Shown: positions 29,683-38,989 of the stretch, one piece after another
Layout: every line of letters begins with the position of its first letter
Numbering within the stretch: the stretch's first letter is position 1
Source of the DNA: Candidatus Poribacteria bacterium
GTDB lineage: Bacteria > Poribacteria > WGA-4E > WGA-3G
DNA: 64,000 nucleotides
Direction of reading: 5' to 3'
Assembly (NCBI GenBank): GCA_965215265.1
Contig: OZ244048.1
Coordinates: forward strand, 2,368,001 to 2,432,000
Notes under the pieces: generated by a model
Database searches by the model: none
The model's input: the letters and a program-made list of their open reading frames with translations, nothing else
What the model was told of the DNA's origin: nothing
Translations under genes and position numbers: made by a program

Positions 29683-30894
29683 TTAAGAAGAAAGTTGCCC
29701 TAACAAGGTTTCCGCCAATTTCGTTGCAAATTCGTCATCATTAATATGAACGTCCATCTCAATTACTGTGACATTATCACCGATGTGTGCCTTCAGATTC
29801 TCCTGCCATGCATCGCGTGCTTCAGGCGAATTGAAAGGCTGCCCTGTTTTGTCAATTGCCGATACCCCTTGTGTCGGGATGATAACGGTTGTCGGGCCCT
29901 TCGCAGTACTAAGCTTACGTGCCATAATCTTGCCGAGTTCGGCTGTCTCTTGTGCAGTCGTCCGCATCAGCGTCACCGTTGGATTGTGCTGATAGAATTG
30001 CCGGTCGTTAAATTTTTCCGGCACTGTGTCCGGTGGTCCGAAATTCACCATGTCCAAAGCCCCCGGGGCGATGACTTGTGGCAGTGCTGCTTCTCCTGCG
30101 GCTTCCAGCCGCTCCGGTCCTGCACTCAAGATACCGCCTACCAATTCGTCTGCGAGCTCCGTCGTCGTCACGTCTAATACGCCGGCAAGGAATCCGCCTC
30201 TGACGAGCTCTTCCATTGCCCGCCCGCCGGTACCGGTTGCATGAAAAACGAGAACTTCATAGCCGGCTGCCTCAAGAATTTCTCGTGCTTTTGTCACACA
30301 AGGGGTTGTGACACCGAACATCGTGGCCGCGATAAGCGGTTTATCTGCAACCGCCTCCGGTGCTTCAGCTGTTACCATCCCAACCATCGCCCCCGCAGCG
30401 TTTGCCAAAATCTGTCGTGACAACCGATTGATGCCGGCGATGTCCACCACAGAATACATCATGCATATATCTTTGGACTGCACATACGGGCTCGTATCCC
30501 CTGATGCCAGCGTCGAGACCATCAACTTTGGAACTCCAACCGGCAGCGCCTGCATGGCAGTGGTGCCGATAGTTGTTCCTGCAGACCCACCGAGTGATAT
30601 GAGTCCATCAATTTTCCCAGCGGCGTGTTTTTCTGCAGCTATCGCAGCGGCACCTTGTGCCATCACTGCAACGCTATTACCCCGGTCGCCTTCATCTCGC
30701 AACGCTTGTAGAGACGAGCCCGCCTTCCGGGCAACATCATCTGCAGAAATATCCGGTTCCAGTTGCGGTTCCCCCAAGATGCCGGTATTAATAACGCACG
30801 TCGAGGTGCCACTGGACTCGATCTGTGCCTTGATGAATGCAAATTCGACCCCTTTGGTATCCATTGTCCCGACAATGCCAACCGTTTTCGCCAT
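29683..30894 (-). CDS. UPF0261 / Tm-1-like ATP-binding domain protein
   Basis: GTMDTKG.E, LPVGVPKLMVST, TMFGVTTPCV, FHATGTGGRAME, HNPTVTLMRT. Confidence 0.92.
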   Translation of the reverse strand: MAKTVGIVGTMDTKGVEFAFIKAQIESSGTSTCVINTGILGEPQLEPDISADDVARKAGSSLQALRDEGDRGNSVAVMAQGAAAIAAEKHAAGKIDGLISLGGSAGTTIGTTAMQALPVGVPKLMVSTLASGDTSPYVQSKDICMMYSVVDIAGINRLSRQILANAAGAMVGMVTAEAPEAVADKPLIAATMFGVTTPCVTKAREILEAAGYEVLVFHATGTGGRAMEELVRGGFLAGVLDVTTTELADELVGGILSAGPERLEAAGEAALPQVIAPGALDMVNFGPPDTVPEKFNDRQFYQHNPTVTLMRTTAQETAELGKIMARKLSTAKGPTTVIIPTQGVSAIDKTGQPFNSPEARDAWQENLKAHIGDNVTVIEMDVHINDDEFATKLAETLLGQLSS

Positions 30895-30931
30895 TGTGGC
30901 ATCCCCCTAAAAGCAAAAAGTTATATCCTTT

Positions 30932-30960
30932 ATTATACGGATATTTTTAAATTATGTCAA
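30932..30960 (-). promoter_or_regulatory. Consensus sigma70 promoter of UPF0261 gene
   Basis: TTGACA-N17-TATAAT on the minus strand. Confidence 0.8.
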
Positions 30961-31111
30961 GTCCGTCTACAACGGTTTCGTGTTCATTACCTTTTAACAA
31001 GACGTGCCAGAGGCGTTTTTCATCTTTTACTTCCCCCACACGAGCAGATTTGAATGCCAAACGCGGGAGATTAAAAATCGCCCGCACCTTAAGATGAAAT
31101 GAGAAAAAAAA

Positions 31112-31140
31112 TTGACAGAATTTAATATATATGATATACT
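31112..31140 (+). promoter_or_regulatory. Sigma70 promoter of gspG-like gene
   Basis: TTGACA-N17-TATACT with TGn extension. Confidence 0.75.
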
Positions 31141-31179
31141 TTCTCACAGCAATTACAAGTCGCGGAGGTAAATATATAC

Positions 31180-31632
31180 GTGAAACCAATTGATTCTAAA
31201 CAGGCAGGCTTAACATCGATCCAGATTCTCGTTGTGGTTATCGTCATCGGGATTATTGCCGCTGTGCTATTAGCACCCCAGTTGCTTGGGCAGGCCGGTC
31301 GTGCGTTACAAGCACAAGCCGCTGAAGAAATTGAGGCCCTCGGCATTGCACTAGATAGATACGCGAAAGATAACGGTGATTATCCGTCAACCGAACAAGG
31401 CTTGAAAGCACTCTGGGAGAAACCTGAAGAGCCGCCACGGCCGATAAATTGGACGGGGCCCTATATGGACATCCCGATTACTGTGGATCCGTGGGGCAAT
31501 CCGTATATCTACATCCGGCCCGGTGTACACGATTCGTACGGGTACGACCTGATCTCTTTTGGCAGTGACGAACTTGAAGGTGGCACAGGCGAGGCTGAGG
31601 ACGTGGTCAGCTGGATCCGGCGTGACGAATAA
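31180..31632 (+). CDS. gspG: Type II secretion major pseudopilin GspG-like (orphan)
   Basis: AL..Y..DNG.YPSTEQGL.AL, W.GPY, DPWGNPY.Y..PG, YDL.SFG.D; prepilin site G|LTSIQ. Confidence 0.85.
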   Translation: MKPIDSKQAGLTSIQILVVVIVIGIIAAVLLAPQLLGQAGRALQAQAAEEIEALGIALDRYAKDNGDYPSTEQGLKALWEKPEEPPRPINWTGPYMDIPITVDPWGNPYIYIRPGVHDSYGYDLISFGSDELEGGTGEAEDVVSWIRRDE

Positions 31633-31752
31633 GGCCTACCCCCGCACAAAGGATGCGGGAAAAGTTGGCTATCTGGCAGAAATTTTTAACGTGTTAGTTA
31701 TACGCATGGACGATAGCACGCTCCCTACAATAACGTCGAACAGGGGCTCTCT

Positions 31753-32290
31753 ATAAAAATTACGCAGATTGAGGTTAGCAAAGTCAAAGTCCCATATCAT
31801 GATGGCATCGCTGAACTGATGACTCAGCGAAATCTTTACCAGATTGACTCCGTTTATCAAGTTCATACCGACGAAGGGCTGACCGGAATAGGCGACGGCC
31901 CCCACCTTGCGGATGAGATTATCCAACAATATATCGGCAGGGATTCGTTTGAGTTTATGAATGGATGGGCACCGACCCCTCTCTCGCAAGCGTTCTACGA
32001 TATTATAGGAAAGAAAAGCGCTCGGCATACCACTTCATCAACTCTTAGGGGAAAAGGTTCATGACAAAACACCGTTCGCATACGGTTCTATTGACATGAG
32101 CCCGGACGAATGGGCAGCCGAGGCAAAGCGTGCTTACACCCTCGGCTATCGGTTACACCAAATAAAAGCACGCCCCTGGTTCGAGATCCGGGAACAGGTC
32201 TCCGCAATTAGCGAGGCAGTCCCAGCCGACTATCAGTTCCGCGTCGATGCAAACGACTCCTTTGAAACGCCTGAACGCACCCTTGAATCT
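31753..32290 (+). pseudogene. Mandelate racemase/enolase superfamily pseudogene
   Basis: ATA in place of the start (xKITQIEV), VHTDEGLTGIG, frameshift near 32015, KARPW..RVDAN, then truncated. Confidence 0.8.
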
Positions 32291-32419
32291 GGCTGCCGTG
32301 ATGCCGAATGCAACCATGCCAGCGATTACCCTTGTCGCGTCTAAAGCAGGGTCCAAAACTGAAAGACGGATCAATAGAATTTACGCAGACACCGCGGATA
32401 ATAGAGAAGGAGCATTCTG

Positions 32420-33187
32420 ATGAGAATAAGCATTCTGATCTTGCTCATTTGTCTTATGAGCACCTATATCTCTGTACAGGCAGCACAACTCGGATTAACC
32501 AGTGCATGGCTGTTTGAGGAAAATAGCGGAAAGATTGTTAAAGATATTGTCAGCGGACACGACGGTGAAATTAAAGGGAATCTGAAATGGGTGCCTGATG
32601 GCAAATTCGGCAGAGCATTAGAATTTCCAGGGAAAGGCGATAGTTACGTTCGTGTAGAACATGACGATGTTTTCAACGCCGAGCCCTATACATTTGTCGC
32701 ATGGACGAAGCTCGAAGCAGCATCATGGCAGTACATCGTCTGGCGAAACGGCGATGTCTGGCCTGAACCCGAGAATGTACGTCACCTCGATATCTGGATT
32801 CACGATGCAGACTATCCGGTCTTTATGTGGCACGTGAAGGGGGAAGTCGGGCGCATTGATGGCAAAACCGTCGTTGCAGATGGCGAATGGCATCACATCG
32901 CCAAAGTCTACGATGGTAAAAATGTCCAGATGTTCGTTGATGGAAAACTAGAAGGTGAAAAACCGACCGGCGGCACGCTTGATACCAGTGAAAGCCCTAT
33001 CTGGATTGGTGCACGCCCCGGAAATGTTGCAGCCACTGGGCTTTTTGACGAAGTTGGCTTCTTCACTCAGGCACTCTCCGAAGATGAACTAAACGATGTC
33101 ATGGATAATGGGTTAGCAGGCTACGCCCCCGTAGAGGTAATTGGCAAAGCAACAACAACCTGGGCTGTGCTGAAAGCACAACATTAA
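32420..33187 (+). CDS. Secreted LamG-like jellyroll protein with C-terminal KATTTWAVLK tail
   Basis: Signal peptide; W.FEE..G, GKFGRALEF, DGEWHHIA.VYDG, G.FDEV. Confidence 0.88.
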   Translation: MRISILILLICLMSTYISVQAAQLGLTSAWLFEENSGKIVKDIVSGHDGEIKGNLKWVPDGKFGRALEFPGKGDSYVRVEHDDVFNAEPYTFVAWTKLEAASWQYIVWRNGDVWPEPENVRHLDIWIHDADYPVFMWHVKGEVGRIDGKTVVADGEWHHIAKVYDGKNVQMFVDGKLEGEKPTGGTLDTSESPIWIGARPGNVAATGLFDEVGFFTQALSEDELNDVMDNGLAGYAPVEVIGKATTTWAVLKAQH

Positions 33188-33208
33188 ATAAATGGAGGAA
33201 GATGGATT

Positions 33209-34627
33209 ATGCGAATGCACGTAGGTGGAGAATGGATTGACAAATCCAGCAAAATTGATGTACTCAGTCCTTTTGACGGTACGGTTGTGGATACTGTACC
33301 AAGAGGTGACGCGCACGACGTTGAAACCGCACTTCAAACAGCTGAGCACGGTGCCAAAATCATGGCCGGCTTAACCGGCTATGAACGTTATGAAATCTTG
33401 CGGAAAGTCGCAGATTTGATGCTAGAACGTTCCGATGAGCTTGCCGAGGTCATCACGCGCGAGGAAGGTAAGATTTTAGCCGAGGCAACGGTTGAAGCGA
33501 CTCGTGCTGCAGAGATTATCGCACTCTCGGCTGAAGAGGCAAAACGGGTAACCGGGGAAGCTATTCCACTAGAAGGCGCGCCCGGCGTTAAAGGCAGAGT
33601 CGGCTTTACAGTCCGCGTTCCGTGCGGCATTGTTGTTGGCATTAGCCCTTTCAACTTCCCACTCCATCTCGTGTGCCATAAAGCAGGTCCGGCAATCGCA
33701 GGTGGAAACGCTATTATTATCAAACCTGCAACAGATACCCCCCTTTCCGCCCTTAAGTTAGTTGAACTGTTTGTGGAAGCTGGCACACCGCCGGAAGCGA
33801 TTCAGTGTGTAACAGGACCCGGCGGCGACATCGGCGATGCACTCTGTGCCGACGCACGCGTCCGAAAAATTACCTTTACCGGCAGCCGCGATGTCGGCGA
33901 ACATATCTGTCACGTCGCTGGATTGAAGCGCGTCACCATGGAACTCGGTTCTAATTCGCCACTCATTGTTATGCCAGATGCCGACCCGGAGAAGGTCGCA
34001 CGCGCAGCAGCAGCATCCGGATACTCCAATGCAGGGCAGGTCTGCATCTCAACACAACGCGTCATCGCACATGAGAAAATCTACACGGATTTCTTAGATG
34101 CCTTCCAGGCAGAGGTGGCTCAGATTAGTATCGGCAACCCATTGGAAACAGGCACGCGCATGGGACCCATGATTCGAGACGGCGATGCTACCCGCGTCAC
34201 AGAATGGATACACGAAGCTGTCAGTGATGGTGCTGAACTGCTTACCGGCGGCGAAAAACAAGACCAGTTTGTAACGCCTGCCATCCTAGCTAACGTTAAG
34301 CCAGAGATGAAAATCTCGTGTGACGAAGTGTTCGGGCCGGCAGTTGGGGTAACGCGCGTCAACGACATTGATGAAGCCATCACCCTCGCTAACGATACCA
34401 ACTACGGCTTGAGTGCCGCAATTTTCACTCAAAATGTGGATTGGGCGATGAAGTTCGTCCGAGAGGTCGAATCCGGCAACCTTATGGTGAATTGGGGAAC
34501 GCAGTGGCGCGCAGATTTGATGCCGTACGGCGGACTCAAAGAGAGCGGCATGGGGAAAGAAGGACCCAAATACGCTATTGAAGAGATGACGGAGACCAAG
34601 ATGGCAATTTTCCATCTCGATGGGTAG
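33209..34627 (+). CDS. Aldehyde dehydrogenase family protein
   Basis: PFNFP, FTGS, MELGSN, NAGQVCIS, EVFGP, PYGGLKESG. Confidence 0.93.
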   Translation: MRMHVGGEWIDKSSKIDVLSPFDGTVVDTVPRGDAHDVETALQTAEHGAKIMAGLTGYERYEILRKVADLMLERSDELAEVITREEGKILAEATVEATRAAEIIALSAEEAKRVTGEAIPLEGAPGVKGRVGFTVRVPCGIVVGISPFNFPLHLVCHKAGPAIAGGNAIIIKPATDTPLSALKLVELFVEAGTPPEAIQCVTGPGGDIGDALCADARVRKITFTGSRDVGEHICHVAGLKRVTMELGSNSPLIVMPDADPEKVARAAAASGYSNAGQVCISTQRVIAHEKIYTDFLDAFQAEVAQISIGNPLETGTRMGPMIRDGDATRVTEWIHEAVSDGAELLTGGEKQDQFVTPAILANVKPEMKISCDEVFGPAVGVTRVNDIDEAITLANDTNYGLSAAIFTQNVDWAMKFVREVESGNLMVNWGTQWRADLMPYGGLKESGMGKEGPKYAIEEMTETKMAIFHLDG

Positions 34628-34642
34628 CAAATTTTGTCAACG

Positions 34643-34686
34643 GTAGGATGTTGCACCCGACACGATTCTGGACGGTGCAACATCCT
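34643..34686. repeat. GTAG-type REP-like palindrome
   Basis: GTAG overlapping a 13-bp perfect inverted repeat AGGATGTTGCACC/GGTGCAACATCCT with 16-nt spacer. Confidence 0.6.
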
Positions 34687-34812
34687 CAGAAAAACAGGCG
34701 TGTCTCGATGCCTCGGTGTTAAGCAACACCTCAATAATCAAATCACTCCTCGTTCCGCTCTAAATCGGATCCTGTCTCTCTGACAATCTCTTGCTATAGC
34801 ACGGATGCCTTC

Positions 34813-35409
34813 TCATGCGTTTTGTGCCACCATACTTAAGAGAATGCCCAGGATTTTGTCGGGTTGCTCAATTGTGTAAGCCGCTATGTCAATATCGAGT
34901 CTATTTTCCTCCAGTTTGAGGAATATCCAATCTATGCCCGACGTGATTGCACCATAAATGTAGGGTATGTCATTCTGCTTTTCTACATTAAAACGTTGGG
35001 CGGCAACCATTTCCGATACGCACTGCCCGAACCCGACCGTCAGGTCCTGTTTTGTCTCAATAAGTATGATGGCCGGCGCTTCCAAGTGAAATTGGGCAGG
35101 CGATAGACTTATCAAAAAATCACAAACTACTCCGTCTTCTGCATCTACGTTAAAGTCAACATCCGAAAAGAGACTAATGCGCCGCGCTAGCTGCTCACGG
35201 AGTTCAATCAGAACATTAGCGACGATCGTTTCCGATTTTGCCTTTCCCGGACTAATAGCAAAGGCTAACGGCACATTGCACGCCAATTTTGTGATAAGAC
35301 GTGCACTCGGCTTGACCGGTTCTATGTCAGCACAGATGTCTGTCATGTTCACCGCTTCCAAGTGAAACCTTTTCTTTACTGTTTCTAAGTGCCAATTGTG
35401 ATCCACCAC
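34813..35409 (-). CDS. Hypothetical restriction-endonuclease-like (PD-(D/E)XK-type) protein
   Basis: CDFLIS..IETK..GFGQC..EMVAAQRFN..IYGAITSG..W.FLKL pattern. Confidence 0.6.
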   Translation of the reverse strand: MVDHNWHLETVKKRFHLEAVNMTDICADIEPVKPSARLITKLACNVPLAFAISPGKAKSETIVANVLIELREQLARRISLFSDVDFNVDAEDGVVCDFLISLSPAQFHLEAPAIILIETKQDLTVGFGQCVSEMVAAQRFNVEKQNDIPYIYGAITSGIDWIFLKLEENRLDIDIAAYTIEQPDKILGILLSMVAQNA

Positions 35410-35480
35410 GCGAAAAGGCCTCCGACAGTTAGTTGAATGGGAGTTTCCCCGGAAAGTGCAAAAACATTATCCTAATAGTG

Positions 35481-35504
35481 ACGATTTTACGATTTTACGA
35501 TTTT
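35481..35504. repeat. Tandem (ACGATTTT)3
   Basis: Three perfect 8-bp units in an intergenic region. Confidence 0.8.
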
Positions 35505-35562
35505 AGGTAGGGCAATCTAGAACTATAGAGTGCCCCGCCTTTTTTATAAATTGAGAGAGGCG

Positions 35563-37635
35563 CTACTCTTCGGCCTCCGCTTTTGCAGCAGCGATGACTT
35601 TCTGGGCTACATCATCCGGAACTACCGCATAATGCACGAACTCCATGGTGAAGCTGCCGCGTGCACTGGTCATAGACTTCAGATCTATTGAGTAGCGGAG
35701 CATTTCCACGAGCGGCACTGTGGCTTGAATCACTTGACGTTTTCCGACTTGTTCGACGCCCATCACCTGCCCACGCCGTCCATTCAGGTCGCCGATGATG
35801 CTCCCCATAAACTGCTCCGGTACGGTGATAGTAACATTCATAATCGGTTCGAGCAAGACAGGGTCGGCCTGTTCAGCCGCTGCAGCGAACGCGATGGAAC
35901 CGGCAATTTGGAACGCCATATCCGAGGAATCAACCGGATGGTGCTTTCCATCGTAAAGATCGATTTGGAGGTCAACGACCGGGTATCCAGCGATGAGCCC
36001 ACGTTCCATTCTCTCGCGAATCCCCTTTTCGACGGCCGGGATATAGTTGCGCGGAATAGCCCCACCGACAATATTGTTAATAAACTCAAACCCTTCACCG
36101 CGCTCTATCGGTGCTAGGTTAATCCAGACATCCCCAAACTGCCCTCTTCCACCGGATTGGCGTTTGTGCCGCCCCTGGATACTTCGGACACGCCGCCGAA
36201 TCGTCTCACGGTACGGGACCTTCGGCGGGGCTATATCGGTTTCTACCCCAAACTTGGCTGATATCCGCTCACGGTTGACCGTGATGTGAAGGTCACCGAG
36301 CCCAGAAATGAGCAGCTGCTTGGTAATCTCGTTACGCTCAATTCTGAACGCTGGATCTTCTTCGGACATCCGCGTCAGGGCGTTCATCAGCTTTTCATCA
36401 TCACCTTCGCGCGTGGGCCGCACCGCATAAGAGATTACTGAATTCGGGAATTCTATACCGGCCAGTTGAATTGGCGCGTCCCTATCAGACAAGGTGTCCC
36501 CGGTTTGCGTCACAGAAAGCTTCGTAATCGCACCGATATCGCCAGCTTCAACTTGTGAAGTGCTAATCGTATTTTTTCCGTTCATGAACGTCGTTTTTCC
36601 GAGGCGCTCCACCTCTCCCCGGCTGGAATTGCTGACTTGTGTATCACTTTGTAAGATGCCGGAGTACACCCTGAAGAAACTGAGCTGCCCCGCAAACGGG
36701 TCGGCAATGCTTTTGAAAACGACCGCGCTCATCGGCGCATCCGGTGTCGGTTCACGGGAATTTTCTGTACCGTCACCACTCGCTACGGATCCAATATCCG
36801 CAGCAGAGGGGCAGCAATTCACGAGCGTATCCATCACCTGCTGCACACCGATATTGTTCAGTGCAGAGCCACATAGCACCGGAACAAATTGGTTTTCGAA
36901 AATCCCTTTTTTCAGTCCGTCCTGAATTTCTTCATCCGAAAGTTCGCCTTCAAAAAACTTCTCGATGAGGGCATCATCACTTTCAGCGGCAACTTCAACC
37001 AGTGCCTCGCGTGCTTCCTCAGCATATTCAACGAATTCCGAGGCGATCTCTGTTTTCTCAGAGCGTTTGCTTCCGTCGGGTTGCATAAAGGTGCCCATCT
37101 GAATAAAATCAACCACCCCCGAAAACTGTGCTTCTTTCCCAATAGGGCCCTGAATCGGAATCGCCCGCGTTTCAAGCGTATCCTCAATACTTGCCAGTGC
37201 GTTTTCAAAATTGGCGTTCTCCTTATCCATTTTATTGATAAAGATTAGACGCGGCAGTTTATATTTCTCTGCTACCTCCCAAACCTTTTCAGTCCCGCCT
37301 TCAACCCCGGTTGTTGCATCGACGACAACGATAACGGCATCAACGATTCGCAGGACACTATAGAGGTCTCCGTAAAAATCCTCTGCCCCCGGCGTATCAA
37401 TTAAATTTAATTTATGTCCTGCCCATTCGCCGATACATACCGAACAATTGATAGTCGTTTTCCGTTCTATTTCGTCAGTGGCATAGTCCGCTACGGAATT
37501 TCCTTCATCTACGGCACCCATACGTTCAATGGCTCCGCCGTTGTAAAGCATCGCTTCAACGAGGGATGTCTTGCCTGCCCCTGAATGTGCGATAATCCCT
37601 ATGTTTCGGATCTGGTCCGTCCTATACTGTTTCAT
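35563..37635 (-). CDS. fusA2: Elongation factor G paralog (EF-G2)
   Basis: AHSGAGKTS, RKTTI (not RGITI), DTPGA (no catalytic His), NKMD, KRQSGGRGQFG, VDSSDMAF; outside the str operon. Confidence 0.9.
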   Translation of the reverse strand: MKQYRTDQIRNIGIIAHSGAGKTSLVEAMLYNGGAIERMGAVDEGNSVADYATDEIERKTTINCSVCIGEWAGHKLNLIDTPGAEDFYGDLYSVLRIVDAVIVVVDATTGVEGGTEKVWEVAEKYKLPRLIFINKMDKENANFENALASIEDTLETRAIPIQGPIGKEAQFSGVVDFIQMGTFMQPDGSKRSEKTEIASEFVEYAEEAREALVEVAAESDDALIEKFFEGELSDEEIQDGLKKGIFENQFVPVLCGSALNNIGVQQVMDTLVNCCPSAADIGSVASGDGTENSREPTPDAPMSAVVFKSIADPFAGQLSFFRVYSGILQSDTQVSNSSRGEVERLGKTTFMNGKNTISTSQVEAGDIGAITKLSVTQTGDTLSDRDAPIQLAGIEFPNSVISYAVRPTREGDDEKLMNALTRMSEEDPAFRIERNEITKQLLISGLGDLHITVNRERISAKFGVETDIAPPKVPYRETIRRRVRSIQGRHKRQSGGRGQFGDVWINLAPIERGEGFEFINNIVGGAIPRNYIPAVEKGIRERMERGLIAGYPVVDLQIDLYDGKHHPVDSSDMAFQIAGSIAFAAAAEQADPVLLEPIMNVTITVPEQFMGSIIGDLNGRRGQVMGVEQVGKRQVIQATVPLVEMLRYSIDLKSMTSARGSFTMEFVHYAVVPDDVAQKVIAAAKAEAEE

Positions 37636-37670
37636 TTTCCATCCTTTTTTCGTCTATTAAAGAGGTAAGG

Positions 37671-37730
37671 CTAGCCTGGCCTAAAGCACCATGTGCCCAT
37701 CTCCGCCAGAGCAGCCGCGGCCATTTGCAT
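37671..37730 (-). CDS. Putative 19-aa leader peptide MQMAAAALAEMGTWCFRPG
   Basis: AAGGAG 8 nt before ATG; stop 35 nt upstream of the fusA2 start. Confidence 0.5.
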   Translation of the reverse strand: MQMAAAALAEMGTWCFRPG

Positions 37731-37888
37731 ATTCAAATCTCCTTTTGCCGTTAACCACACGGATTTACGGGAGCAACCCATAAATCCCTGGCGAGCGTGA
37801 AAGTCTGGCGTTCCCGTCAAGACAACCGTATGTGAGCACCATACAAAAATTTGTATTCCGTGGAGAAGGAGGCCATTTAAACTAAACT

Positions 37889-37917
37889 ATTTTAGCATAA
37901 AGACACAAAAATTTCAA
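37889..37917 (-). promoter_or_regulatory. Sigma70 promoter of leader peptide and fusA2
   Basis: TTGAAA-N17-TAAAAT with TGn extension on the minus strand. Confidence 0.6.
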
Positions 37918-38040
37918 CATTTAAACTGGATTTTTTTAGCAAGGCGTGGTATAAATGATGTTGGTAACCTGCAACACGATGCTGAAAAAAACAACTAGCT
38001 CTACCAGACACTTTCGCAGGCTACGCCCTAAGGAGGACTT

Positions 38041-38862
38041 ATGCCAGATTATACGAGAACCCAGGTCTTAAACCGCCTTCAAACAGAATTGGATACCGGA
38101 AAATCCCTCTTAGCCGTTGGCGCGGGCACAGGCATTACTGCTAAATTCGCCGAACAGGGAGGTGCAGACCTCATCGTCATTTATAACTCCGGACGTTACC
38201 GCATGTCCGGCTTCGGGTCCTGTGCAGGACTTTTGGCCTACGGCGACGCAAATGCTATCGTCATGGAAATGGGAGAACGCGAGGTGCTGCCGGTCGTCAA
38301 AGAAGTCCCAGTTATTGCAGGAGTCAACGGTACAGATCCGACACGACGGATGAGCAACTTCCTCAAACAGGTACGCGACATCGGGTTTGACGGTGTCAAC
38401 AACTTTCCGACCGTCGGGGTAATTGATGGGACCTTCCGTCAAACGCTTGAAGAGACCGGAATGGGTTTCTACAAAGAGGTCGAGATGGTAGGCATTGCAC
38501 ATGACATGGAACTTTTCACCATTATCTATGTATTTAACCCCACAGAATCGGAAAATATGGCATCCGCCGGGGCAGATGTTATTATTGCACACATGGGGAC
38601 GACGGTCGGCGGCTCCATTGGAGCTGAAACCGCTTTCACACTTGAGGACGCAGCAGTACGCGTACAAGAAATCTGTGATGCCGCGAAAACGTCCAACCCC
38701 GATGTGATTTGCCTCGCACACGGCGGCCCCATCTCAACAGCACCCGAAGCAGCCTTTATCAATGACAAAACGGATACAGTCGGTTTTGTCGGTGCCTCCA
38801 GTATTGAGCGGTTCGCGTGTGAGGAAAGCATTCCGAGAGTCACAGCCTCGTTCAAAGTTTAG
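38041..38862 (+). CDS. TIM-barrel signal transduction / PEP hydrolase family protein (Tm-1 C-terminal-like)
   Basis: GAGTGITAK, DLIVIYNSGRYRM, AGVNGTDP, NFPTVG, HGGPI, GFVGASSIER. Confidence 0.92.
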   Translation: MPDYTRTQVLNRLQTELDTGKSLLAVGAGTGITAKFAEQGGADLIVIYNSGRYRMSGFGSCAGLLAYGDANAIVMEMGEREVLPVVKEVPVIAGVNGTDPTRRMSNFLKQVRDIGFDGVNNFPTVGVIDGTFRQTLEETGMGFYKEVEMVGIAHDMELFTIIYVFNPTESENMASAGADVIIAHMGTTVGGSIGAETAFTLEDAAVRVQEICDAAKTSNPDVICLAHGGPISTAPEAAFINDKTDTVGFVGASSIERFACEESIPRVTASFKV

Positions 38863-38910
38863 GTTGAAAACCGTAAAAAAATAGGGTGCACAGCCGGGCT
38901 AAATGAATGA

Positions 38911-38939
38911 ATAGGGGCGGATATAGATAACGCCCCTAT
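38911..38939. terminator. Hairpin between convergent genes (REP-like or bidirectional terminator)
   Basis: ATAGGGGCG/CGCCCCTAT inverted repeat. Confidence 0.5.
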
Positions 38940-38989
38940 AGGTTGCAATACCCAATTAAGAATTCAGCGGTCAATTGCCGCCGGTAGTT

